A stretch of 64,000 nt of DNA from Histomonas meleagridis 2922-C6/04-290x (Eukaryota; Protista; Parabasalia). Positions 22,382-34,961 of this stretch are shown piece by piece. Location of the stretch: NCBI GenBank assembly GCA_020184695.1, contig JAANOX010000042.1:310001-374000 (forward strand), in the 5' to 3' direction. The position numbers and the translations under genes are program-made. The notes below the pieces were generated by a model. It searched no databases. It saw only the letters and a list, made by a program, of their open reading frames with translations, and was not told the DNA's origin. Every line of letters begins with the position of its first letter. Position 1 is the first letter of the stretch.

Positions 22382-23436
22382 ACAGAAACTGAATAAACTT
22401 CAAATGAAAAAATTATTTATCAAATAATTTAAGTTGCCAGTGTATTGATACAGATCTTAAGATTGCTTTTGAAAAAATTCAATAGTTTATTTCCGTTTTT
22501 GGGTTGACTAAACTCGTTAAAAAGTCAGAATAAAGTATTGAATTATAACTATAATTTGTGTTTTCTTTGACAAAAAAATCGACAAAATAAGCTGTTTTTA
22601 CCATGCGCTCTCCTTACTTGTTTCAAGGCTATGTTAATTTGCTTTAGTCAATGCAAAATGTGCGGCAACCTCCTCTCATTTCGTTGTATCAATGAATTTT
22701 AAATTAATATTCGGCCCTACAGATTTTTTGATATATTAATTAATTCGTATTTAAATGATTTCAAAAATTCTTTGAAGTAAAGATGTTTTGAAACGTGCTA
22801 TGATGTAAACCACTCATGTATTTGACAGATTGACACTCCATTCTTATTTGAATAGTTTATTTTGAAAAGATGTTATCATCATATTCGATATCAAATCCTT
22901 TGAAATTGCTTCACCATATCAATAAGGGCTCATTTCTTTGAGGTCATTTATTGAACATAAAAATACGAAAGAATATATGAAAATATTTATGATTTCAGGC
23001 ATTTTCATGTATCACACTTTTCGAATTGAAAGTACAGCTTTACATAAGAAAATTACAAGTTATATCATTAGTGGAATCAAAATACTTTTGATTGTCCAAA
23101 TCATCAAATCAAAAAAATCAAAGTTATTTCAAAGAACGCAAAGTGCAAACACAATTTTCATACTTATTGTCTTTATCTCATATTTATGAAAATTATGATC
23201 CAAGTACGAATACACTCTTCATAAATCAAAGTGATCTTCCAACTGATTACGAAAATGATGCTGAACATGTTGTAATAGAATATCCAGTGAAAACAATTCC
23301 AAATAATGCTTTTAAGAATTGGAAAAAAATAATTTCAGTCAAAATGAACGAATCAGTTACAGTAATTGGTTCATATGCATTTGCAGGATGTTCAGCATTA
23401 GAAAGTATCACAATTCCTGATTCAGTTACTGATATA

Positions 23437-24745
23437 TAGGGTGTTCAAAAAGTCATGACCCCCCCTCCTATCTCAATGAATAAACAATTTTAGATATTCT
23501 TGTTTATTTATGTGATATAGTATTCTCCATTGTTTTCTATTATCCACTTCAATCTTTTGATCCATTCCAAGAACACGCTTTGAAGCTCTTCAAAAATTGA
23601 CGTGTTCCCATGCCGTTAAAATTTGAGTTTTTTTAATTGATGTTTCGATTTTATCTCTTTATCTTCCAAATATTTTTAAATAACCAAATAACCAAAAGTC
23701 GCATGGGCTGATGTCAGGAGAATAAGGTGGGTGCGGAATGGATTTAAGCTTTATTTGATTTAATTTTTTTGTTGAACTAAATTTCCTTTGTGAACTTTAC
23801 AATTGTCCATATGAATCATCATTTGATCTAAGTCCAATTGATCCTCATCCTCATTTGTATTTTTAATTATTTCTTCAATAATATTATCGATGAAATAGCG
23901 TTGATTATATTTTTTGCTTTTTGGTAGAAAATCAATGCATAATAGGGAATTTCCATTGAAGAACATTGTCAGCATGATTTTTTCACTGTCAATTTTCTTT
24001 TGGGTACGGGTTGGCACTTCATCTCGTGATGCTGCATACATATAAGAACTTTGATAATTAAAATAAAACCATGACTCATCCCCAGTCATTATATTAATGA
24101 AATTTTTCTTTTCCGCTTTTTTTTTTATTTTTAAATTTGATTTTGACATATTGTCTCTTTCCAATTTTTTTTCTTTCGTCAAATCATAGGGGACCCATTT
24201 CCTAGTGAAGCGCCTCAATGCCATGTCCTCATAAAGAACTTTTAATACAGTAGTTGTAGTCACTGATAATTGCTTTGCAATTAAGCGGGCTGAAATAAAT
24301 GGTTTCTTATGAAGAATTTTTTAAATTGGATGAACAAGATCAGATGGGGGTATCCCAGTACGTTTCCTCATCAAGGCATGAAAAGTCACCATTTTGGAAT
24401 TTTCTACACCACCTTTTGACTGTACTTCTATGAACTGTATTATTTCCCAAGACAGTGAACATTTCTCTCGTATATGGCTTTGTATCTTTTTCCTGAGAGG
24501 AAGAGAAATTTAATAATGAATCTTTGTTCGACGGCATCCATGAAAAAAAGTGACGGTTCTTCTCAAATTTTTTGCGTCACCAAAATTTAAATTAAATTTT
24601 TCTCGATATGCAATTAATCAAAAATCACATATTTCACATATATAAGATCTTCATTAACTATATTTTAATATTATATGAATATTTTATTTATAAACTAATC
24701 ACAGCCCATAATAGGAGGGGGGGTCAGGACTTTTTGAACACCCTA
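23437..24745 (-). mobile_element. Tc1/mariner DNA transposon (1309 bp), non-autonomous
   Basis: 35-bp TIRs TAGGGTGTTCAAAAAGTC(A/C)TGACCCCCCCTCCTAT at 23437-23471 and 24711-24745 with one mismatch. TA target duplication at 23435-36 and 24746-47. Confidence 0.95.
23508..24537 (-). pseudogene. Mariner transposase, frameshifted
   Basis: TVKRWCRKF HTH, WVPYDL, TGDESW, HMDNCKVH, then PPYSPDISPCDF and WIKRLKWIIENNGEY in other frames. Confidence 0.92.
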
Positions 24746-26216
24746 TATGTCAAGCAGCATTTTATAATTGTACCTTGTTAACGACAGTTCATATTGGTGT
24801 GGGTTTAAAAACAATTGTTATATCTGTATTTCAGTATTGTTCCTCATTAAAAAACATTACACTTTTATCAGTAGAAAAAATGGTTCCAATTCATTTCAAT
24901 CATGCACAAGCTTAGTAACAGTAATTTTTGGAGATAAATTAAAAACAATTGAAAGTTATGCATTTTCTAGATGTAGTCAATTAAAAGACATCACAATTCC
25001 ATCATCAGTTACAACAATTGGTGAAAATCCATTTAGTAGATGTTCAGGTCTTCAATTTATTAAAGTTAATAATTCTAATCCGAAATTTTCTAATTATAAT
25101 AATGATGGAGTGCTTTATGATAAAAATATCCAAAAATTAATTTCATATCCAATTGGAAATGAAAGAGATACATTTGAAATTCCTTCAACAATTACAACTA
25201 TTAATAAAAATGCATTTTTTACATGTTCACAAATCACAACACTTTATATTAGAGGAAATGTTAAATCTATTGAAAGTAATGCATTTGATGAATGTACAAA
25301 TCTTACATGCATATATTTTTATGGAAACACAGCTCCATCTGATCAATCTAATTCATTTTCAAACATCAATACAACATATATTATGACTCTATATAATTTT
25401 TCAGAAAAAATTTTTTCATTGACACCATCCAATGGAACAATTATCGAAGGCTGTGAACCATTCCCTACTGCCACATTCAGTGAATCAAATCAATTTTCAC
25501 AATCAAATACATTTTCACAATCAAATACATATACACAGTCAAATACTTATACACAAAGTAATACATATTCGCAATCAGATTCATTCACTAGATCAAATTC
25601 ATTTACACATTCAAACACACATATATCATCAAACCAATTTTCATTTTCGCGTCTTTTTACTGTTTCAAGTTCTTCATTTCCAATTAATGCATCTTTAACG
25701 CATTCCCTCATTCTCTCTCATGTGTATACATTACTTGCCACTCAAACTGTCACACTACTTCCCACACACTTCAACACAATATTTCTTTCGTACTTCAATT
25801 CCACTTATATTTTATTTACGACAAATATAATATTTTATGAGTATGTAACTGTTCATTTCTCTTTCTATTTCACATTTTATTCTGAATTTTATACATTTTA
25901 TTTACAAGAAGTTACAACACAAAGTAACACATTAGATAAAGGAGAAATAATTGGTATCATATGTGGTGCAGTTGCGATATTTTTGTTGATTGTTGGAATT
26001 ACAATATTTCTAATTCGTAAAAATAAAAACAAAAATCAACAAAATATAACAAATGAATGTAAACATTCATCAACAAGTGACGAAAAAATTATTGAAAACA
26101 TTAATGATGAAGAACTAAAGAACAATGTCTTATGTGAAAATGACCAATGGATTTAAATCCAAATCAAATTTCTATAATATATTTTATTAAATCTATAGTT
26201 ATATATCTAAAAAAAA

Positions 26217-27269
26217 TTATTTCCAAAAACAAAATCTTTTTGTTTTTTGATCTTTCTCATAAAACGCCTCCGCAGTTTTTATTAGTTCATAAGGGTCATG
26301 AATTGAAGAAGTCTGTAGCAACACAATCAGTTTTGAGTACTTTAGGTCCTCGTGATTTTTCATAATGAGCTTAACGTTCGCCACGCCCAAGTAATACAAA
26401 AAGTTTTCGATGTTTGGAATGTGTGAAAACAGAACGTCCCAAATTTGGAGGATATTTAAGAGCATTGATTCCTGTGCAAACATCAAGTTAAACCATTTGT
26501 ATGCATAGGTAATCGATTCAATCTTTTCTTGGGAAAATTTCTCGGCAATTGATGGTAAATGTCGTTGTAATAACTCATCGAATTGCGATAATTGAGTGCT
26601 AATGTTCTCCCTTAGATTCATCTTGGAATAAAAGACTTGGAGTTCAGTGCTTGTGATGATTTGTTGAAGACAATGAAAGGATATGGCTTCAACTAAATCC
26701 ATATTGGAATAAAAAACATCTTCTGCATTATAAAAAACATAATAAAATGGTACAAGTAACTCGTTAAAACCTTGCATGTATGAAAAGGAACAATTAATTG
26801 TTCCAAATATATAAAGAATACGTTCAAAACGTCGAAGGAATTCATTGTAAGGAGCATACTTATCATCTGGACTTGCATCTAGTGGTGGTTCAAGTTTTGG
26901 GAAATATTTGAAATGACGAGTTGTTCGGATAACATCAACATGAACTGCATGCATAAGTTTTTGATTAGGTACATTCAGTTCAGTCTTCAAGACATTCTCT
27001 GGAATGTATAACTTTTCCCAACCTTCAAGTTGAAAATCATGAATAAATTCTGTATAGTTATTTTTAATTTTTTCTCTTTCTTCAAGCCAAAGATTTGGAT
27101 TTTGTGGATATATTCCCAATAAAACCAGCCAAGCAATACATCGTTCTTCAGGAGGTGTTGATAAAGAAAATCTTGCATGGCAAATTTGTTTTATAGCTTC
27201 TATATCTATTTTTTGATTATCAGGATTTGGCAATACTAAGGGTAAAACTTTATATTCTTTTGCTTTCAT
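26217..27269 (-). CDS. TBC/Rab-GAP domain protein
   Basis: VHVDVIRT (Arg finger) and YMQGFNEL (Gln finger). Confidence 0.9.
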   Translation of the reverse strand: MKAKEYKVLPLVLPNPDNQKIDIEAIKQICHARFSLSTPPEERCIAWLVLLGIYPQNPNLWLEEREKIKNNYTEFIHDFQLEGWEKLYIPENVLKTELNVPNQKLMHAVHVDVIRTTRHFKYFPKLEPPLDASPDDKYAPYNEFLRRFERILYIFGTINCSFSYMQGFNELLVPFYYVFYNAEDVFYSNMDLVEAISFHCLQQIITSTELQVFYSKMNLRENISTQLSQFDELLQRHLPSIAEKFSQEKIESITYAYKWFNLMFAQESMLLNILQIWDVLFSHIPNIENFLYYLGVANVKLIMKNHEDLKYSKLIVLLQTSSIHDPYELIKTAEAFYEKDQKTKRFCFWK

Positions 27270-27507
27270 ATTAACTGTTTGATTTCTAGCAGATTTTATG
27301 TGTTGTATTTAAAAAGTCAACAACTTGCCACTTTTTGTCCGTTTAGAGCGTTTAGGAATTGTGTATGTATGTTTGACTATATAACAATTCAATTCCAATC
27401 CGATGGATTTGTCGATGATCTAAAATTTCTTTTGGCAGCCGTTACGACTTGTTTAAATCAACCGTCGGATTTCAATATGAGTTTTTGGGTTTGAATGTAA
27501 ATTTGTT

Positions 27508-30183
27508 ATGGATGTTACAGAAGCCTCACAGTGGAGAGAAATTGCAAATGACCCCAAAAGTCCGACTGTATTAGAGGAAGTCCATGACCAAGTTTCTACA
27601 GTTGAGGATCAGAAAGAGATTGACCCAGTAAGCACATCAGAAAATCAAAATGATCAGCAAAGTACAGATAACAACGATAAAACGAAGAACAACGAACTAA
27701 CAGACGAACAAAAATCCTTGATATCATTAATAGTTCCTCCTAACAAAAGATCAGTTATACCAACTATTACAAAACAAAAACTTCCAATTACCTCTAGCAA
27801 TGACAAGCGTATTCTGTCGCCATTTTTTGATGACAAAGAGCTTACCAAATCTTTGTCACCTATTCCAAATCCATTTGATTATCAAACGTTTGAAGAATAT
27901 AATGATGCAGTTGCTGCATGGGAGAAATCCACTAAAGAAGCCACAAAGTCTCAGTCATTGCCTCAGCCTGTATCTATGTTTCATTCAAGAATTGTTCAAG
28001 AACTTTTAATTACACCTGTTTACAAACAAAAAATGTCTTTCAAGCCAACAAGTTCAGATATTCTTGATATTGAAAGCATCTTAATTCATGATCGACATTT
28101 TAATACATCGCTTACAACCAAAGCTCCATTAGATTATTTTTTAAGGGAAACATGGAAATCGCAATTAATATCACAGCCACCAGATCCTCAATGTTTTGAT
28201 ACATTTGAAGAATTTCAAGAATCTTATATTAATTGGTGTAATATCACTTCCAAATGTAAGCTCCTCCCTCATCATCCACATGATTTTGCAGAACAATTAG
28301 GATTTATTCCACAGCAAAAAGAACATCAAATTTTCGATCAGTCGGAATTGAATACTTTACAACAATCACAAACCGTCAAAACACCACCCGCAAAAAATCC
28401 GTTTTGCTCAACACGGATTTGTCGATCACTTTATTATTCTTTTTATGGTTCATATCCTGACCCACAAGAATTTATCTTATATGAATTATATAAAACACCA
28501 AATGCACCAAAAGATGTCATTAATCATTTCAAACAATATGTTAATGATTTCATGGCATGTGGTATTACAAAGAATGAATTACAGTCCAATAACTTTTTCT
28601 CTGATACTGCCAATGCATTAGCATTATTTGATAATCGAAATGATGTCATTTTATTTAATCCATCTGCTCCTAATGAAGTTAAATGCCAACGCCTTATCTT
28701 TTATTTTAGGCAACTTCGGCGAACATTTTCATTTCCATACATTTATCAATTATCATTATCATCACAAGAAATCATCTGTCAGAATTTATCCATGGTGACC
28801 AACTATTTGTTTTCGGATGTCTTAGTTTATAACCGCTTCATTTGTGCCCTAAATTTATTTTCATATTCACCGACAACATTTATTAATAACATTATCGAGA
28901 AGTCACTACTCGCAATCACGCCAACGACGTCACTTATCTTAGTACAATTCTTCAAAGTGTTATTAAATTATTATTTGACAAATATATTATGTAAACACTG
29001 CAAGATAAAACCTGACAAGTGCAGTATCCTTATTGCATGTAAAGACCAAGCGTTTATCTTTATGAGTACATTTGCGTCTAACATTGGTGTCCCAATGATG
29101 TTAAAGCAAATTGAAGCCGAAAATTCGTTGTTGAACATCGCCATAATTATATTATCATTTGAAGTTAATTTACCGATATTACCAAAGTTCATAAGTTATT
29201 TCAAGCCAAATTTGTTTAATTTCTTTAATGATATTTCAAAATGTTCACCAAAAGATTTCATTTATTTGAATGAATACATTTACTTTAACAAGCCATCAAT
29301 TGAATTATTGTTCCCGACTTTCATCGACTTTATTTCCAACGCTTCTTTTGGTGATTTGTCCGACCAAATGATCAACTTTTTGATTAACTATATTTCAATC
29401 AAACCGTTCATGAAAATTAAGGACAAATCTGGTCTGATAGCCGCTTTTACGTGCACAACCACAAAATCCCATTTGAATAACAATTCAATTTTGCTTGGAA
29501 AATTTGCGTACACTTTTTCACGGTTCATCACAAACGTTACGGTTTTTTCCAACCGCCAGAAAAACGATATATTAACGACCGTTAGCGAAATGTTAAATGA
29601 AAACACCGGAAACCGTTATCTACTCAAAACTGTCGGACGAATATTAATTAAATGGGAATCAGTAGCTAATAATAATAAGGATTGGGTTGATCCATTTTTA
29701 AATTGTTTATCAAATGACATAACATCGAATGAACAAAAAGAAATTCAAGAAGAAGTTTGGAAATATTTCCGAAAACTTTTTGTTGATCATTCTAAACTTG
29801 CATTAAAGATTATGCAAACACCACAATTACAAACTAAAATAGTTAAAGGAATTAAAATCATCGAACCGAATTCGTTCTTACAAATACTTCGACTTGTCAC
29901 CGAATTCTTAATCAAACATGTCGAGATCGATTCTGATAGCCAAGAAATCGGCGCAGGTTTCATATTTCTGCTGTCGAACGTCCCGAGTGTACTTATCGAG
30001 TTCGCGAAGCTGTTGAACTTGGCCGAGTGCAAGTTAAATAGACACATCGAAAGTATATTGAAGGGAAACCCGAACAAGAAAGTGATTATGCTGATAAGGA
30101 AGTACACAATAGCTATGAATGAACGAGTCGCCTGTAAGCAATTGTTCAGCGGTAAATATAACGCACAAATAAACGCAAGATAA
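27508..30183 (+). CDS. Hypothetical protein, helical C-terminal half
   Basis: 891-aa uninterrupted ORF in AT-rich DNA. Two internal P.P..(Y/F).TFEE(Y/F)...W repeats. No family recognised. Confidence 0.8.
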   Translation: MDVTEASQWREIANDPKSPTVLEEVHDQVSTVEDQKEIDPVSTSENQNDQQSTDNNDKTKNNELTDEQKSLISLIVPPNKRSVIPTITKQKLPITSSNDKRILSPFFDDKELTKSLSPIPNPFDYQTFEEYNDAVAAWEKSTKEATKSQSLPQPVSMFHSRIVQELLITPVYKQKMSFKPTSSDILDIESILIHDRHFNTSLTTKAPLDYFLRETWKSQLISQPPDPQCFDTFEEFQESYINWCNITSKCKLLPHHPHDFAEQLGFIPQQKEHQIFDQSELNTLQQSQTVKTPPAKNPFCSTRICRSLYYSFYGSYPDPQEFILYELYKTPNAPKDVINHFKQYVNDFMACGITKNELQSNNFFSDTANALALFDNRNDVILFNPSAPNEVKCQRLIFYFRQLRRTFSFPYIYQLSLSSQEIICQNLSMVTNYLFSDVLVYNRFICALNLFSYSPTTFINNIIEKSLLAITPTTSLILVQFFKVLLNYYLTNILCKHCKIKPDKCSILIACKDQAFIFMSTFASNIGVPMMLKQIEAENSLLNIAIIILSFEVNLPILPKFISYFKPNLFNFFNDISKCSPKDFIYLNEYIYFNKPSIELLFPTFIDFISNASFGDLSDQMINFLINYISIKPFMKIKDKSGLIAAFTCTTTKSHLNNNSILLGKFAYTFSRFITNVTVFSNRQKNDILTTVSEMLNENTGNRYLLKTVGRILIKWESVANNNKDWVDPFLNCLSNDITSNEQKEIQEEVWKYFRKLFVDHSKLALKIMQTPQLQTKIVKGIKIIEPNSFLQILRLVTEFLIKHVEIDSDSQEIGAGFIFLLSNVPSVLIEFAKLLNLAECKLNRHIESILKGNPNKKVIMLIRKYTIAMNERVACKQLFSGKYNAQINAR

Positions 30184-30253
30184 ACATTGCGAACACGAAA
30201 TTATATGTTATTAATTAATAAAACAATCGTTTGATTTATCCGATTTTTGAATT

Positions 30254-33078
30254 AATTAGTGACTTAATGAATGTTATCTTGAGATGAGTGTAAATAATTA
30301 GTGACTTAATGAATGTTATCTTGAGATGAGTGTAAATAATTAGTGACTTAATGAATTTATCTTGAGATGAGTGTAAATAATTAGTGACTTAATGAATGTT
30401 ATCTTGAGATGAGTGTAAATAATTAGTGACTTAATGAATTTATCTTGAGATGAGTGTAAATAATTAGTGACTTAATGAATTTATCTTGAGATGAGTATAA
30501 ATAATTAGTGACTTAATGAATTTATCTTGAGATGAGTGTAAATAATTAGTGACTTAATGAATTTATCTTGAGATGAGTGTAAATAATTAGTGACTTAATG
30601 AATTTATCTTGAGATGAGTGTAAATAATTAGTGACTTAATGAATTTATCTTGAGATGAGTGTAAATAATTAGTGACTTAATGAATTTATCTTGAGATGAG
30701 TGTAAATAATTAGTGACTTAATGAATGTTATTTTGAGATGAGTATAAATAATTAGTGACTTAATGAATTTATCTTGAGATGAGTGTAAATAATTAGTGAC
30801 TTAATGAATTTATCTTGAGATGAGTGTAAATAATTAGTGACTTAATGAATTTATCTTGAGATGAGTGTAAATAATTAGTGACTTAATGAATTTATCTTGA
30901 GATGAGTGTAAATAATTAGTGACTTAATGAATGTTATTTTTGAGATGAGTATAAATAATTAGTGACTTAATGAATTTATCTTGAGATGAGTGTAAATAAT
31001 TAGTGACTTAATGAATTTATCTTGAGATGAGTGTAAATAATTAGTGACTTAATGAATTTATCTTGAGATGAGTGTAAATAATTAGTGACTTAATGAATTT
31101 ATCTTGAGATGAGTGTAAATAATTAGTGACTTAATGAATGTAATTTTGAGATGAGTATAAATAATTAGTGACTTAATGAATTTATCTTGAGATGAGTGTA
31201 AATAATTAGTGACTTAATGAATTTATCTTGAGATGAGTGTAAATAATTAGTGACTTAATGAATTTATCTTGAGATGAGTGTAAATAATTAGTGACTTAAT
31301 GAATTTATCTTGAGATGAGTGTAAATAATTAGTGACTTAATGAATTTATCTTGAGATGAGTGTAAATAATTAGTGACTTAATGAATTTATCTTGAGATGA
31401 GTGTAAATAATTAGTGACTTAATGAATTTATCTTGAGATGAGTGTAAATAATTAGTGACTTAATGAATTTATCTTGAGATGAGTGTAAATAATTAGTGAC
31501 TTAATGAATTTATCTTGAGATGAGTGTAAATAATTAGTGACTTAATGAATTTATCTTGAGATGAGTGTAAATAATTAGTGACTTAATGAATTTATCTTGA
31601 GATGAGTGTAAATAATTAGTGACTTAATGAATTTATCTTGAGATGAGTGTAAATAATTAGTGACTTAATGAATTTATCTTGAGATGAGTGTAAATAATTA
31701 GTGACTTAATGAATTTATCTTGAGATGAGTGTAAATAATTAGTGACTTAATGAATTTATCTTGAGATGAGTGTAAATAATTAGTGACTTAATGAATTTAT
31801 CTTGAGATGAGTGTAAATAATTAGTGACTTAATGAATTTATCTTGAGATGAGTGTAAATAATTAGTGACTTAATGAATTTATCTTGAGATGAGTGTAAAT
31901 AATTAGTGACTTAATGAATTTATCTTGAGATGAGTGTAAATAATTAGTGACTTAATGAATTTATCTTGAGATGAGTGTAAATAATTAGTGACTTAATGAA
32001 TTTATCTTGAGATGAGTGTAAATAATTAGTGACTTAATGAATTTATCTTGAGATGAGTGTAAATAATTAGTGACTTAATGAATTTATCTTGAGATGAGTG
32101 TAAATAATTAGTGACTTAATGAATTTATCTTGAGATGAGTGTAAATAATTAGTGACTTAATGAATGTTATCTTGAGATGAGTGTAAATAATTAGTGACTT
32201 AATGAATTTATCTTGAGATGAGTGTAAATAATTAGTGACTTAATGAATGTTATTTTGAGATGAGTATAAATAATTAGTGACTTAATGAATTTATCTTGAG
32301 ATGAGTGTAAATAATTAGTGACTTAATGAATTTATCTTGAGATGAGTGTAAATAATTAGTGACTTAATGAATTTATCTTGAGATGAGTGTAAATAATTAG
32401 TGACTTAATGAATTTATCTTGAGATGAGTGTAAATAATTAGTGACTTAATGAATTTATCTTGAGATGAGTGTAAATAATTAGTGACTTAATGAATTTATC
32501 TTGAGATGAGTGTAAATAATTAGTGACTTAATGAATTTATCTTGAGATGAGTGTAAATAATTAGTGACTTAATGAATTTATCTTGAGATGAGTGTAAATA
32601 ATTAGTGACTTAATGAATTTATCTTGAGATGAGTGTAAATAATTAGTGACTTAATGAATTTATCTTGAGATGAGTGTAAATAATTAGTGACTTAATGAAT
32701 TTATCTTGAGATGAGTGTAAATAATTAGTGACTTAATGAATTTATCTTGAGATGAGTGTAAATAATTAGTGACTTAATGAATTTATCTTGAGATGAGTGT
32801 AAATAATTAGTGACTTAATGAATTTATCTTGAGATGAGTGTAAATAATTAGTGACTTAATGAATTTATCTTGAGATGAGTGTAAATAATTAGTGACTTAA
32901 TGAATTTATCTTGAGATGAGTGTAAATAATTAGTGACTTAATGAATTTATCTTGAGATGAGTGTAAATAATTAGTGACTTAATGAATTTATCTTGAGATG
33001 AGTGTAAATAATTAGTGACTTAATGAATGTTATCTTGAGATGAGTATAAATAATTAGTGACTTAATGAATTTATCTTG
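30254..33078. repeat. 41-bp tandem satellite, about 69 copies
   Basis: Unit AATTAGTGACTTAATGAATTTATCTTGAGATGAGTGTAAAT repeated head-to-tail with a few 42-43-bp variants and no unique spacers. Confidence 0.98.
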
Positions 33079-33557
33079 TGATGGGTGGATCGCTTCGGAA
33101 GTGGAAATGTATAATATGTGCAAATAATTGGTGACTTAATTGCGCTATCTTTAGTTTTGTGGATATATTGAATCATAGACAAACCATTCTTTAATATAGT
33201 TTTAGAATCTAATATTTATATATGATGCAGATACGTATTCATACACATTGAAATCTGCTATCATTTGATTTGTTTCAATAATATAAAATGTGAAACTTGA
33301 AAAAAGAGCTAATAATTAAAAATATACTTACTGATTTAATAAATATTTACTTCTTTTGTTCCATAAATTGAACAAACTTCGTCGGTTTCATTGAGTTTCC
33401 ATTGAGATCTCAATGATATTTCACACCAAATTCTGGAACCTGAAGACGCGCATTGAATTTTCTATCGTTTTGACTTTTGAATATGATGACGTTTAAATGT
33501 ATGAAGCGACCGTTTCAAACATAGAAAAAGTGCGTTCTGTACGTTTAATTTATTCTG

Positions 33558-34862
33558 ATGAAAGCAACAAAGAAAGGACAAAGTGTTGTAAGATCAGAAA
33601 ATATACCTAACAATGCAAGCATGAGATCAAATCAATCGGTGGCTAGAATAGGTGTATTGCAATCGCCAAAATCAACTGCAAAAAAAATGGAAATTAATAC
33701 TGAAATCAAGATAAGAAATCAACAAAGAATCAAAGGGTTAAAATATCTAAATGAATTGCAAGCTCGTAATGAGGCTGCTCTTTTAGAATTTACTTCAAAA
33801 TATGAAAATGTATTTATCAACAATTTCAAACTATTCTTGGCTCAAAGACAACAAAACGCATCAAGCAAAAACAAAGGAAATCTAGAAGAAATCAAAGAGT
33901 TACAAAAATTAATCCAAATTGAAAAAGAAAAATCTCAAAAACTAAAACAAGAAAATGATGACCTACAAGCCAAAGCTGATGAGCTTTCAAAACATGAATC
34001 AGATGTATTATATAAAAACAAAGAGATTAACCAAAATCATAATTCATTAATTCTTGAATCTCATAAGCTAGCCGAATCTAACCTTGAATATGAACTTCAA
34101 AAAGATTCTCAGGTAGAAGAGAATGCGATTTTGAAAACGTTACAAATTATTGATGTTGATGATAATAACTTGTCAAATTCTAGTCTTTTCTCTGACAACA
34201 ACAAACCCAATGTCATGGATTCTCTTGTCATCAGCGACGGTAATTCAACAGAATTCAAAATAAATGAATCGATTTTGGTTGAGAATGAAGAAAAGCAAAT
34301 CAAACTGAACGAAACGTGTACATTTCCACCGCCAATGTCATCACAAGACTTTGAGAATGTGAAAATTGAGCAAGCAAATTCGATATCAGTTGAAGATGCT
34401 CAAGAAGAAGAAAAAGAATCTGAAACGGATTCTATTTCTATTCACAAAAGCTCTGATGTTTCTGACAGTGTAAAAGAAGTCGAAAAAGATGAAAATCTAA
34501 AATCTTGTTCATCTTTAGAAAAAAGTCAATCTGAAAAAATGGAAATGCCTGATAATAACAAAGCAGAAGAACTATGTAAAACAGTACAAATTGATGTAAA
34601 TAAGGAAACATGTCCGAAAATTTGTGAAGAATCAAAACCAATTAATGTTGTTCAAACTAAAGCTAAGACTCCTACTAAGGAAAGGCCAATTTATGAAGGA
34701 AGGAAATCAGAAACAAAGGGAAGAAGTTTGAGTAATTATTCCAGATTATGTGATACAATGCAATCAGCACCATCAGAGTTAAATACGCAAGGAATGCCGA
34801 AAGAATTGTTCAGGTCTCCATATAGGATTAAAATTCCCAAGTTTTCGGTTCATCATAAATGA
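33558..34862 (+). CDS. Hypothetical coiled-coil / acidic low-complexity protein
   Basis: 434-aa ORF with heptad-rich N-terminal half. Confidence 0.75.
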   Translation: MKATKKGQSVVRSENIPNNASMRSNQSVARIGVLQSPKSTAKKMEINTEIKIRNQQRIKGLKYLNELQARNEAALLEFTSKYENVFINNFKLFLAQRQQNASSKNKGNLEEIKELQKLIQIEKEKSQKLKQENDDLQAKADELSKHESDVLYKNKEINQNHNSLILESHKLAESNLEYELQKDSQVEENAILKTLQIIDVDDNNLSNSSLFSDNNKPNVMDSLVISDGNSTEFKINESILVENEEKQIKLNETCTFPPPMSSQDFENVKIEQANSISVEDAQEEEKESETDSISIHKSSDVSDSVKEVEKDENLKSCSSLEKSQSEKMEMPDNNKAEELCKTVQIDVNKETCPKICEESKPINVVQTKAKTPTKERPIYEGRKSETKGRSLSNYSRLCDTMQSAPSELNTQGMPKELFRSPYRIKIPKFSVHHK

Positions 34863-34961
34863 AAATTTTTGTGACAGTATGAATAAACCATTCAATTATG
34901 TTGATAAAAATAACTTTTCATAAAAAGGCGCCATTTTCCATTTTGTTGGTTGTCTTGAGCA

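Larger units (their letters stand above)
23092..26156 (+). pseudogene. BspA-like leucine-rich-repeat surface protein interrupted by a mariner element
   Basis: LRR_5 repeats (IPDSVTxIG..AF..C) on both sides of the insertion. Removing the element and one TA rejoins ...SVTDI|CQAAFYNC in frame. An extra 1-nt frameshift lies near 24880. Ser/Thr stalk, TM helix and short tail follow. The true start is uncertain. Confidence 0.85.

Noticed and set aside
14995-22403. Many 60-175-aa ORFs antisense or frame-shifted to real genes (e.g. 14995-15384, 21106-22403, also 47868-48772, 50065-51180)
   Set aside because: Shadows of strongly coding or low-complexity sequence with no independent features.
30254-33078. 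CRISPR array interpretation of the 41-bp repeat
   Set aside because: Units are directly adjacent with no unique spacers, there are no cas genes, and the context is eukaryotic.
33082-33105. GGTGGATCGCTTCGG resembling a 5.8S rRNA motif or UUCG hairpin
   Set aside because: The match is too short, there is no rDNA context, and the first part is a degenerate satellite unit.
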